Shown piece by piece: positions 1 to 6,935 of a DNA stretch of 42,274 nt. Each line of letters starts with the position of its first letter. The stretch's first letter is position 1. This DNA comes from a virus: the IMG/VR virus record IMGVR_UViG_3300026549_000138; one strand, given 5' to 3'. The notes beneath the pieces were generated by a model that saw nothing but the letters and a program-made list of their open reading frames with translations, searched no databases and was not told where the DNA came from. A program made the translations under genes and the position numbers.

Positions 1-127
1 TCGAGTGCGCCCCGTCTCAGCATTTATTTCTTAATCTTCAAACTTTAATCTTTAACCTTTGCACCCGTCGCAAGACGGGTGCATTAAACAAAAGCAAGAA
101 AGCAAATGGGTAATCAATTGAAATTGG
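1..127. repeat. Terminal direct duplication (identical to 42148-42274); circular-assembly overlap
   Basis: By-eye comparison shows tcgagtgcgccccgtctcagcatttatttctt...gggtaatcaattgaaattgg at both ends. It contains the VR2 3' end, the target stop codon, the hairpin and the avd start. Confidence 0.9.
60..83 (+). promoter_or_regulatory. GC-rich hairpin downstream of VR2 (duplicate copy of 42207-42230); DGR target-recognition cruciform candidate
   Basis: tgcacccgtc-gcaa-gacgggtgca forms a 10-bp perfect stem with a GCAA (GNRA) tetraloop and has no trailing T-tract. Confidence 0.7.
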
Positions 128-504
128 TATCGAACACGCGCATCTATCTGGACGCACGGGCGTTGCTGGATGAGATATTGGATATTATGCCAAATTTCCC
201 ACGCGCCTATAAATTCAGTGTGGGTGCAAAGATGCAGGATTTGGGCATTGGCCTCATCGAGGACATTGCGGCAGCTTACATGGATAAGCCCAACAGATTG
301 CATCACCTCATCGTGTTTCAGACCAAATTTGAAACATTGAAAACCCTAATGCGTATTGCAGGAGAAAGGCAGTGGATTAAAGGCATGGGGCGGCACGCAC
401 ACATCATTGAACTAATGGACGCGATAGGCAAACAGAGTACAGCATGGAAAAACTCAATGACCGCCAAAAAGGGAGTTGAGCAAATGCCGGAATCGGAGAG
501 TTAA
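106..504 (+). CDS. avd: DGR accessory variability determinant (Avd), small basic helical-bundle protein
   Basis: The 132-aa ORF sits directly between the VR-bearing target gene and TR/RT. Its size, helical and basic composition and synteny match Avd. Confidence 0.8.
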   Translation: MGNQLKLVSNTRIYLDARALLDEILDIMPNFPRAYKFSVGAKMQDLGIGLIEDIAAAYMDKPNRLHHLIVFQTKFETLKTLMRIAGERQWIKGMGRHAHIIELMDAIGKQSTAWKNSMTAKKGVEQMPESES

Positions 505-593
505 GACAAACCGAGTGTGCAATCCGTAATAAATGGGCCGTGTACCGTCATTCACGGTTAAGAACAAGACAATACGGCACAGATTGGCGAGCC

Positions 594-698
594 ACCGAGT
601 ACAGCGCGACCAACGCATGGAATCTGAACCTCAACAACGGCAACATGAACAACAACACTAAGGCCACGAACACGAATCGAGTGCGCCCCGTCTCAGCA
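594..698 (+). repeat. DGR template repeat (TR), 105 bp, non-coding position between avd and RT
   Basis: It aligns without gaps to 11945-12049 and 42065-42169. It has 37 adenines and 11 Asn codons (9 AAC, 2 AAT) in the VR reading frame. Every mismatch to either VR is at a TR adenine. Confidence 0.93.
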
Positions 699-711
699 CT
701 ATTTACGGACA

Positions 712-1914
712 TTGCTTAAAAAGTATAAAGATATGGTAACAACGGATGGAATGTTAGAAGCGTATTACGATTGCCGCCGCAGGAAGCGGAGAACGGCAAG
801 CGCGATCGTGTATGAAATGAATTACGAAAGCAACCTGATTGCTTTGCGTGACCGTATCAACACGCGAACATACCAGCCGGGCAAATCTATCTGTTTTGTC
901 GTAACGCGCCCAAGGTATCGTGAAGTGTTTGCCGCCTCATTTGAAGATAGGATTGTGCATCATTACATCGGTTTGCGTTTAGAGCCGTTGTTTGAGTTGG
1001 TGTTTAGTCCACGGACATTCAATTGCAGGAAAGGCAAAGGGCAGTTGTATGGTGTGAAGATGCTGGAGGCCGATATTAAGGAAGCCAGCAACAATTACAC
1101 CACCGACTGTTACATCATGAAATTGGATTTGCAAGGTTTCTTTATGAGCATTGACAAATCCATGTTGGCACGGATGATTGATAAGTTCATCGTGAAGTAT
1201 TACCAGGGCAGCGACATTGACGATTTGCGCTACCTTTGCCAAATCGTAGTGCTGCATTGCCCAGAGCAGAATTGTGAAAGACACAGCCCACGCGAAATGT
1301 GGGAACACCTACCAGCCAACAAATCCCTTTTCACCAATGGGGAGGGCAAAGGTGTGGCCATCGGGAATCTGTTTGCACAGTTGTTTGCCAATTTTCTTTT
1401 GAACATTCTGGATTGGTACATCGAGGAATTGGGCATAAAGTACCACGGGCGATATGTGGATGATTTTTATTGCATCCACACCGACAAAAAGGTGCTGTTG
1501 AGCGCAGTACCAAAAATCCGCGTTAAGTTAGCGGAATTGGGGTTGAGCCTCAACCCGAAAAAATTTTATTTCCAACATTACACCAAGGGTGTTGAGTTTA
1601 CGGGCGCAGTCGTTAAGCCATATCGGACGTATTGTTGCAACAGAGTATTGACCAACTTTATTGCAGCCGTCAGGAAACTCAACAGGGCCAGGAACATTGA
1701 CGAAGTAAACCACGCTGTTTGCTCCATCAACTCATATTTGGGATTGCTCAGACAGTCCAATGAGTACGGCAAGCGACGCGAGATATTGGGCATGATTGCC
1801 CCACGTATTTACAAATGGATTTACATAAAAGGCCATTACGAAGTTGTGGCCATCAAAAACAAGTATAAACAAAATTGCATTACTCAAAAACGCATAAGGG
1901 ATGGCGATTATTGA
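712..1914 (+). CDS. DGR reverse transcriptase
   Basis: RT motifs are present: LDLQGFFMSID, GVAIGNLFAQLFANF (DGR-type IGxxxSQ-like motif, here AQ), GRYVDDFY (YxDD), LNPKK and GVEFTGAVV. The ORF-track start at 712 is TTG; the first ATG is at 733. Confidence 0.92.
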   Translation: MLKKYKDMVTTDGMLEAYYDCRRRKRRTASAIVYEMNYESNLIALRDRINTRTYQPGKSICFVVTRPRYREVFAASFEDRIVHHYIGLRLEPLFELVFSPRTFNCRKGKGQLYGVKMLEADIKEASNNYTTDCYIMKLDLQGFFMSIDKSMLARMIDKFIVKYYQGSDIDDLRYLCQIVVLHCPEQNCERHSPREMWEHLPANKSLFTNGEGKGVAIGNLFAQLFANFLLNILDWYIEELGIKYHGRYVDDFYCIHTDKKVLLSAVPKIRVKLAELGLSLNPKKFYFQHYTKGVEFTGAVVKPYRTYCCNRVLTNFIAAVRKLNRARNIDEVNHAVCSINSYLGLLRQSNEYGKRREILGMIAPRIYKWIYIKGHYEVVAIKNKYKQNCITQKRIRDGDY

Positions 1915-2065
1915 AGTTGAACCGAAAGACCCGATTACATTGCGCGTTGATGTGATTGATATGGGTTTGCTGCATCTGTTAGAAACGAGATATGTGGTAC
2001 TGATAGAACAACGCGAAAACGATATTGTAATTGAACTTTATACAAAGGAACATGGAGACAGTTAG
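1901..2065 (+). CDS. Hypothetical 54-aa protein overlapping the RT stop (below the ORF-track cutoff)
   Basis: My own translation gives ATG at 1901, MAIIEVEPKDPITLRVDVIDMGLLHLLETRYVVLIEQRENDIVIELYTKEHGDS, stop at 2063-2065. It overlaps the RT 3' end by 14 nt and fills an otherwise non-coding gap. Confidence 0.3.
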   Translation: MAIIEVEPKDPITLRVDVIDMGLLHLLETRYVVLIEQRENDIVIELYTKEHGDS

Positions 2066-2393
2066 CGTTATTGAGATTGTTGCAACCATTATCGGAACAA
2101 TGGGAGGATGGGAGGCCATCAAGTACCTTTTGAACCGAAAGACCAACAAGCGAAAAGAAGAGGCCGAGGCCGATGGTGTGGAATTTGGAGTTTTGCGCGA
2201 CAGCATGGAGTTTTTGCAAAACCAACTCAAAGAGAAAGAGGAAAGGTTTGTCAACCAGACAGACCGATTGCGTAAGTTGCAAGATGATTATTTTGAGTTG
2301 CTGAAAGAAAAACAACGTATTGAATTGGAATTGCAGCGTTTTCGATGTGTGCGCCCTAAGTGCGCCCAGAGAGAACCACAAAACGGATATTAA
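2052..2393 (+). CDS. Putative holin or lysis-associated membrane protein (N-terminal TM helix plus coiled coil)
   Basis: The TM-like segment VSVIEIVATIIGTMGGW is followed by a charged coiled-coil region. It lies immediately upstream of the endolysin. I preferred the ATG at 2052 over the TTG at 2031. Confidence 0.45.
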   Translation: METVSVIEIVATIIGTMGGWEAIKYLLNRKTNKRKEEAEADGVEFGVLRDSMEFLQNQLKEKEERFVNQTDRLRKLQDDYFELLKEKQRIELELQRFRCVRPKCAQREPQNGY

Positions 2394-2404
2394 AAACTGA
2401 AAGT

Positions 2405-2983
2405 ATGGCAAAAGTTGAAAGCATCGTGCCGTTTATCCTGAAATGGGAAACAGGCACAACGGGCATTGGTTTGACCAATGAGCAATTGTTTGAGAAAGCC
2501 AAGTTGAAAGGGTTTGCCAATGACCCCGACGATTTGGGAGGTGCAACCATGTGTGGCGTGACATTGGCCACGTTCACGGAGTATTGCCGTCGGAAAGGCT
2601 ACCCACGGCCAACCATTGTGAGGCTGAAAGCCATTAAATACAAAGAATGGTTGGAAATACTAAAGACCATGTTTTGGGATAAATGGAAAGCCGACCAGAT
2701 TAACAACGAATCCATCGCCCTCATATTGGTTGATTGGGTTTGGGGCAGCGGCAAATATGGCATCACCATCCCACAAAAAGCAATTGGCGTGACAGCCGAC
2801 GGCATTGTTGGCCCCAAGACGATTGCCGCCGTCAATGCCAAAGACCCCAAGCAACTGTTTGACCTCATCAGGAAAGAACGGTTGGCCTACATCGAGAGAA
2901 TTTGCAGAAGCCGACCAACCAATTTGAAGTACAAAAGAGGTTGGTTGAATCGGTTAAACGACATCAAATTTAAGGGAGTATGA
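2405..2983 (+). CDS. Endolysin, GH108-type muramidase with C-terminal peptidoglycan-binding (PG_binding_3-like) domain
   Basis: ILKWETG...NDPDDLGGATMCGVT matches the GH108 signature. ADGIVGPKTIAAVN is PG-binding-like. The ATG at 2405 (MAKVES) avoids overlap with the upstream ORF. Confidence 0.8.
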   Translation: MAKVESIVPFILKWETGTTGIGLTNEQLFEKAKLKGFANDPDDLGGATMCGVTLATFTEYCRRKGYPRPTIVRLKAIKYKEWLEILKTMFWDKWKADQINNESIALILVDWVWGSGKYGITIPQKAIGVTADGIVGPKTIAAVNAKDPKQLFDLIRKERLAYIERICRSRPTNLKYKRGWLNRLNDIKFKGV

Positions 2984-3492
2984 AGCAGCTTATTTTCATT
3001 ATTCTGGCCGCGCTCATGCTGATTGGGTGCAGAGCCAAACAGACTGTCATTAAGGAGAACACCACGGCCAGCCTCATTGACACCACACACACCGTGGCCG
3101 ACACGATGAGCGCAGTATCAAATTACACCGACACCACCACGGCCACCCAGCACGTCGAGCAATCGGCCACGATCGAGTTTGTGGATGGTGGCGGTACGGT
3201 CAGCATTGACACGGCAGGAAACGTGACCATGCAGGGCGTGAAATCCATTAAAGGCATGGGCAAGGCCGACGTTACCATCAAAAACGGAGTGGCAGAGCGT
3301 GACAGCATATCAGCCAGCCACACCGACCAGGCAAACGGCATCAATAAGAACGAGAGCAAGCAGCGAGAGACCGAGGAAAAGGTAAGTAAGGCCGTGCAAT
3401 GGTACGAAAGGCCGTTAATATGGATTGGCTCATTGTGCTGCATTGCCGTGTTGCTTTATATCCTATTTATATACATCAAGGCTAAACATTGA
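2980..3492 (+). CDS. Lipoprotein with C-terminal TM anchor; unimolecular-spanin-like lysis protein
   Basis: The N-terminal signal with lipobox is MKQLIFIILAALMLIGC. The C-terminal TM is PLIWIGSLCCIAVLLYILFIYI. Its start overlaps the endolysin stop (ATGA). Confidence 0.55.
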   Translation: MKQLIFIILAALMLIGCRAKQTVIKENTTASLIDTTHTVADTMSAVSNYTDTTTATQHVEQSATIEFVDGGGTVSIDTAGNVTMQGVKSIKGMGKADVTIKNGVAERDSISASHTDQANGINKNESKQRETEEKVSKAVQWYERPLIWIGSLCCIAVLLYILFIYIKAKH

Positions 3493-3532
3493 TTTTGTAC
3501 ATATCTGTAAAAGTGCGACGAAAGTTGTTGAG

Positions 3533-3568
3533 ACCGTGCCAACCCGTGAGGGCCAGCACGGTTTTTTA
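3533..3568 (+). terminator. Intrinsic terminator at the end of the lysis operon, between convergent genes
   Basis: The accgtgc...gcacggt 7-bp stem has an inner ccc-gtga-ggg stem-loop and is followed by T6. It overlaps the integrase stop codon. Confidence 0.6.
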
Positions 3569-4789
3569 TTTGCCTAACAGATAGTCAATTACACGTCGGT
3601 TTGCGGCATCTATTTTGTCGAGGGAAAATTTGATGTAAACGCCCGTGATGGCAGAGCCGTATTTGTGGCCAAGGGCCTCAGATATGGTGTCTTTTGGTAT
3701 ATCCAATTCAGCGGCATACGTCGCCCATGAGTAACGCGCCCAATACGACGTGATTTGTGGCTCAATCGGCTGCATCATGGGCAAATGGTTGTCGGTGTAC
3801 TGAGGTTTGCCGTTGGCATCCGTCTGGATTGGCCCCATGCGCCTGAGTGCTTTATTGAGGTGCTGCATATAGTCTTTATAACTTTTGTATCTGTCAAAGC
3901 AGCGTAGGAGGTGTTTTTGGCCACGGTACTTTTCAATGATTGCCGCCGCCTCATCTTCAACTTTGATGGAATAGAGTTTGCCCGTTTTTGCACGTCGGTA
4001 CTCAATGCGGCCATTCACGTAATTGTCAGAGGTGAGGCCACCCATATCTACCATGTTAATGCCGATAAGGTAAAACGAGAGTAAGAACATATCCCGATGC
4101 TCCAAGTCAGATTTGCCCAGAGGCAGGGCCAGGAGTTCACGGAACTTTGCCAATGGCAGCACCCTCATGGCCGTTTCTTCCTTTGGTATGCGGAAATTGC
4201 GGAATGGGTAGTTTTGCGTTATCCCATCATCCACGGCAAAGTTTATGACGTTGCGGAGATTGCGTAAGTGCATTGCCCGGCTATTGACTGACAATTTATC
4301 CATCGAAGCGTAAAAGCCCGTGAGCCACGTTTTGTTTATCGTCTCAAAACGCACGGCATTGGCATCCCCACAGAAAGCATTTACTTTGTTCAATGTTTGC
4401 TCAAAGAGTGTGCGAGTGCCGCCCGTTTTCGTATCAATGACCTTTTGGAACATTGCCCCCAGAGTTGGCACACCGATGGTTGGTGCTGACAAATCAAGGT
4501 GGGTGAGCATTTCCCGAAGTTGGGCCGGTGTCAGTTTGTCGTATTGCCCCATCATGCGCAACTCCAAAATGCGGTTTGATACCTGAGTGAGCAAGGCCGA
4601 CAGTACACCATTGACCCGTTTGGCATTTTTGCCCACACAGCGTTTGGCCGTGGCATCCCATTCATCGGGTGCAAGAAATATGCCCGTGGCCAGATAGAGG
4701 TTAGTGCCGTAGCCGACACAGATTTGGACGGGAAACGTGCCATCTTTTAATGCCCGTCGAGTATCGAGGCGAAGATTTGATTTTGCCAT
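3566..4789 (-). CDS. int: Tyrosine recombinase / phage integrase (Bacteroidota type)
   Basis: 407 aa. C-terminal catalytic-domain motifs are YRRAKTGK, WARYSWATYA and LGHKYGSAITGVYIKF. The N-terminal region is arm-binding/SAM-like. Confidence 0.88.
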   Translation of the reverse strand: MAKSNLRLDTRRALKDGTFPVQICVGYGTNLYLATGIFLAPDEWDATAKRCVGKNAKRVNGVLSALLTQVSNRILELRMMGQYDKLTPAQLREMLTHLDLSAPTIGVPTLGAMFQKVIDTKTGGTRTLFEQTLNKVNAFCGDANAVRFETINKTWLTGFYASMDKLSVNSRAMHLRNLRNVINFAVDDGITQNYPFRNFRIPKEETAMRVLPLAKFRELLALPLGKSDLEHRDMFLLSFYLIGINMVDMGGLTSDNYVNGRIEYRRAKTGKLYSIKVEDEAAAIIEKYRGQKHLLRCFDRYKSYKDYMQHLNKALRRMGPIQTDANGKPQYTDNHLPMMQPIEPQITSYWARYSWATYAAELDIPKDTISEALGHKYGSAITGVYIKFSLDKIDAANRRVIDYLLGK

Positions 4790-5087
4790 ATTGCTGATTA
4801 TTATCTGTAAATTTGCTTAATCGTTGCTGAAATTTGCGCCAAAGTTATACAAAATCTACCACTTAAACGGCCACCAAAGGCCGATTTTCGGTGTAAGGCA
4901 TTGATTTTTAACAATTGGCCATTTCGCCACGTTTCTTTAATATACTTTGAAAATCAGCACGTTACGGCATTATTACCCTATTGGCCAGCCACCAAAGACT
5001 TTATGCCTCATTATATAAATAATGTTTTTCTTTAGTGCTGATTTTCAGTTAATTACAAAGAAGTGAATTTTATTTGCTGAAAATTTG
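4790..5087. other. Candidate attP region (non-coding, AT-rich, repeat-dense, next to int)
   Basis: Repeats are ttgctgaaatttgc (4824-4837) / ttgctgaaaatttgc (5074-5088), the inverted pair tgaaaatcagcac (4948-4960) / gtgctgattttca (5035-5047), and ccaccaaag twice (4871-4879, 4989-4997). Confidence 0.45.
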
Positions 5088-5540
5088 CTATTGCATCATA
5101 TCTGGCACGCCATCCCCATTTGCGTCGATAGGTGTTGTTTGAACCTTAAACTTTTGACCTTTGCCAGCCATTTCGATTGTCATGGTTTCAGAGTTTATGC
5201 CGAGCGTTTTGCCCGTAAGTTGGCCAGAGTAATCGGCGATAAATTCCGTGGCATCGGCATTGAACGTGGCCGACATCTGGAATGTGCTGTTTTGGTAGGT
5301 GTATGTTGGCCACGCCCCAGCAGAACCAAAACCGAGGACAACAATTTGAGAGCCATTTTTCTGATAAGCGACCATTTCAGTACATTGCCCGTCCGATACA
5401 TAAACGCCCAGCATTTGTGTATCAGTAGCAGCCACGAAAAAGCCACCAGGAATGATTACGGCATCGGGTGCAGTATCATTGTCAGTTGAGCAGGAGAAAA
5501 GCCCACAGAGGGCAAGGAAAAGGGCAAAGCGGTGTTTCAT
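5088..5540 (-). CDS. Lipoprotein co-transcribed with the repressor (candidate lysogenic-conversion or superinfection-exclusion protein)
   Basis: The signal and lipobox are MKHRFALFLALCGLFSC, followed by the acidic stretch STDNDTAPD. Its start overlaps the repressor stop (ATGA). Confidence 0.7.
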   Translation of the reverse strand: MKHRFALFLALCGLFSCSTDNDTAPDAVIIPGGFFVAATDTQMLGVYVSDGQCTEMVAYQKNGSQIVVLGFGSAGAWPTYTYQNSTFQMSATFNADATEFIADYSGQLTGKTLGINSETMTIEMAGKGQKFKVQTTPIDANGDGVPDMMQ

Positions 5541-5905
5541 TTGGCTGCAAGTATCTGGAGTAACTGATTTATCTGTTTGTCTTTTTCTTCAAGCAGCGAC
5601 ACAAGCCGATTGATCGTGTCACCTGCATTGATTTGTGAGTTGTTATTGTTGGCAATGTTTTCACTGCCAACGCGCCCATCAGCGGCATACATTGAGCCAA
5701 TCCCACGCATGAGCCATTCAGCACTCACAGATGGGTACGTTTCCAAGAACTTTGAGAGCAGCCCAGCAGACACGCCACGGTTGCCATTTAAGATGTTGCC
5801 GAATGTGCCAGCGTCCACGCCTAACTCACGGCTCATTTCTGCCTTACTTTTGCCACTTTGTGCCCAAAAGTCATTCATTTTGCCAATAATTTCTTTTTCA
5901 GTCAT
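5537..5905 (-). CDS. XRE/CI-like helix-turn-helix repressor
   Basis: The HTH is SKAEMSRELGVDAGTFGNILNGNRGVS, followed by the AEWLMRGIG motif. It is divergent from the early operon. Confidence 0.75.
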   Translation of the reverse strand: MTEKEIIGKMNDFWAQSGKSKAEMSRELGVDAGTFGNILNGNRGVSAGLLSKFLETYPSVSAEWLMRGIGSMYAADGRVGSENIANNNNSQINAGDTINRLVSLLEEKDKQINQLLQILAAK

Positions 5906-6197
5906 TTTGCCGATAATTTGTTGTTACACAATACTTTATGTGGCATTTGACGGCATGGCGGCAAAAATTTCTTTCACGTCTTAACACAATTTAACAGGCA
6001 AAATGAATGCTATTATCTTCAAAATGCCTATCTTTGCACCCAGATATGAGTGAGTAACGAAGTATCAGGCGCACAAAGAAAGCCGTCGAGCCTATCAATG
6101 CACAACCGTTCAAATCCATTGCAAAGATACGACGGTTTTTCTTTTCCGCCAAAGATATGAGTGAGTAAATAAGTAATTTTAACTAAAACGTCGCATT
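5906..6197. promoter_or_regulatory. Lysis/lysogeny switch region with repeats and Bacteroidota -7 boxes (TAnnTTTG) on both strands
   Basis: tatctttg lies on the plus strand at 6029-6036, and its complement caaagata at 6122-6129 and 6150-6157. A 22-bp direct repeat agatatgagtgagtaa+nnaagta occurs at 6042-6064 and 6153-6175. ttttgccRataattt occurs twice, at 5878-5892 and 5905-5919. Confidence 0.45.
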
Positions 6198-6419
6198 ATG
6201 GCAGGTAAAGAACAGAAAATTGAAACGATTGGGTTGCAAAATCAATCCATGTACAGTGCTAAACAACTCAAACAAGAGTTGGCAGATTTGCGTGACCTCA
6301 TCAGGCAGTTAGCACAGGCCGCCGATGAGAACAACCATTGCATTTCACTCACAGAGTATGAAAATAAGATGTGGGTGCTTAATTGGCTCATTGAGAAAAT
6401 CGAATTTAAGGACAAATAA
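6198..6419 (+). CDS. Hypothetical early protein (coiled-coil)
   Basis: It is a 73-aa ORF, the first gene of the rightward operon. I recognise no motif. Confidence 0.5.
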   Translation: MAGKEQKIETIGLQNQSMYSAKQLKQELADLRDLIRQLAQAADENNHCISLTEYENKMWVLNWLIEKIEFKDK

Positions 6420-6420
6420 C

Positions 6421-6615
6421 ATGGAACGTATTACCAGAGAAGATTTAAGAAACATGGCGATGGGTGAGACACGCACGTTTGACCTACCCAACGCCCAGCA
6501 GTGTGATAACGGCAAGTCCACGGCATACCAGATGCAGAACCTATTGGGCTGCAAGTTCAGTGTGCAAACGGACTATTCCAAGAACCAATTAACCATTACA
6601 AAGAACGCGATATGA
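6421..6615 (+). CDS. Hypothetical early protein
   Basis: The in-frame ATG at 6421 (MERITREDL...) abuts the previous stop. The ORF-track start at 6325 would overlap the upstream gene. Confidence 0.5.
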   Translation: MERITREDLRNMAMGETRTFDLPNAQQCDNGKSTAYQMQNLLGCKFSVQTDYSKNQLTITKNAI

Positions 6616-6812
6616 CACATACCAGGCCCCAAGTTGAACCCGATGGCCGTTACACCGTGCAGCAAGCGGCAAAAGCGTTGGGCGTGGAACGACACACCAT
6701 ATATCGCTATTTTGACAATGGTAGCCTCAAATTCCGTGTGCGTAAGGCCGACAATCGGAGAGTGACAACGGGCAAATGGATTGTCGAATGTTGGGAAGAA
6801 AACTATTTATAA
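6612..6812 (+). CDS. Excisionase-family/MerR-like HTH DNA-binding protein
   Basis: YTVQQAAKALGVERHTIYRYFDNGSLKF resembles the excisionase-type HTH_17 motif. The protein is small (66 aa). Confidence 0.55.
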   Translation: MTHTRPQVEPDGRYTVQQAAKALGVERHTIYRYFDNGSLKFRVRKADNRRVTTGKWIVECWEENYL

Positions 6813-6815
6813 GTT

Positions 6816-6917
6816 ATGCCAATAATCGGAACTATCATTGAAATTGTACTTTGCATCGGACTGTCAATCATTCTGGCAAAGGACATCAGAGAATTAGCAA
6901 AAGAAATGAGTGAATAA
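6816..6917 (+). CDS. Possible 33-aa membrane peptide
   Basis: My own translation is MPIIGTIIEIVLCIGLSIILAKDIRELAKEMSE. It has a hydrophobic helix and fills the gap between genes. Confidence 0.25.
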   Translation: MPIIGTIIEIVLCIGLSIILAKDIRELAKEMSE

Positions 6918-6935
6918 CCATTTAATTTCAGTCGT

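Noticed and set aside
60-83. The hairpins after the VR genes could be ordinary rho-independent terminators.
   Set aside because: Neither has a downstream U-tract (they are followed by attaaac and gataata). Avd starts only 22 nt after the VR2 hairpin, so simple termination seems unlikely, though an attenuating role is not excluded.
594-698. The TR could be a degenerate pseudogene fragment of the target gene's C-terminus rather than a DGR template.
   Set aside because: Ordinary decay would give mismatches at all four bases. Here all 23 mismatches to the two VRs lie at TR adenines, the TR is Asn-codon rich, and it lies between avd and an RT.
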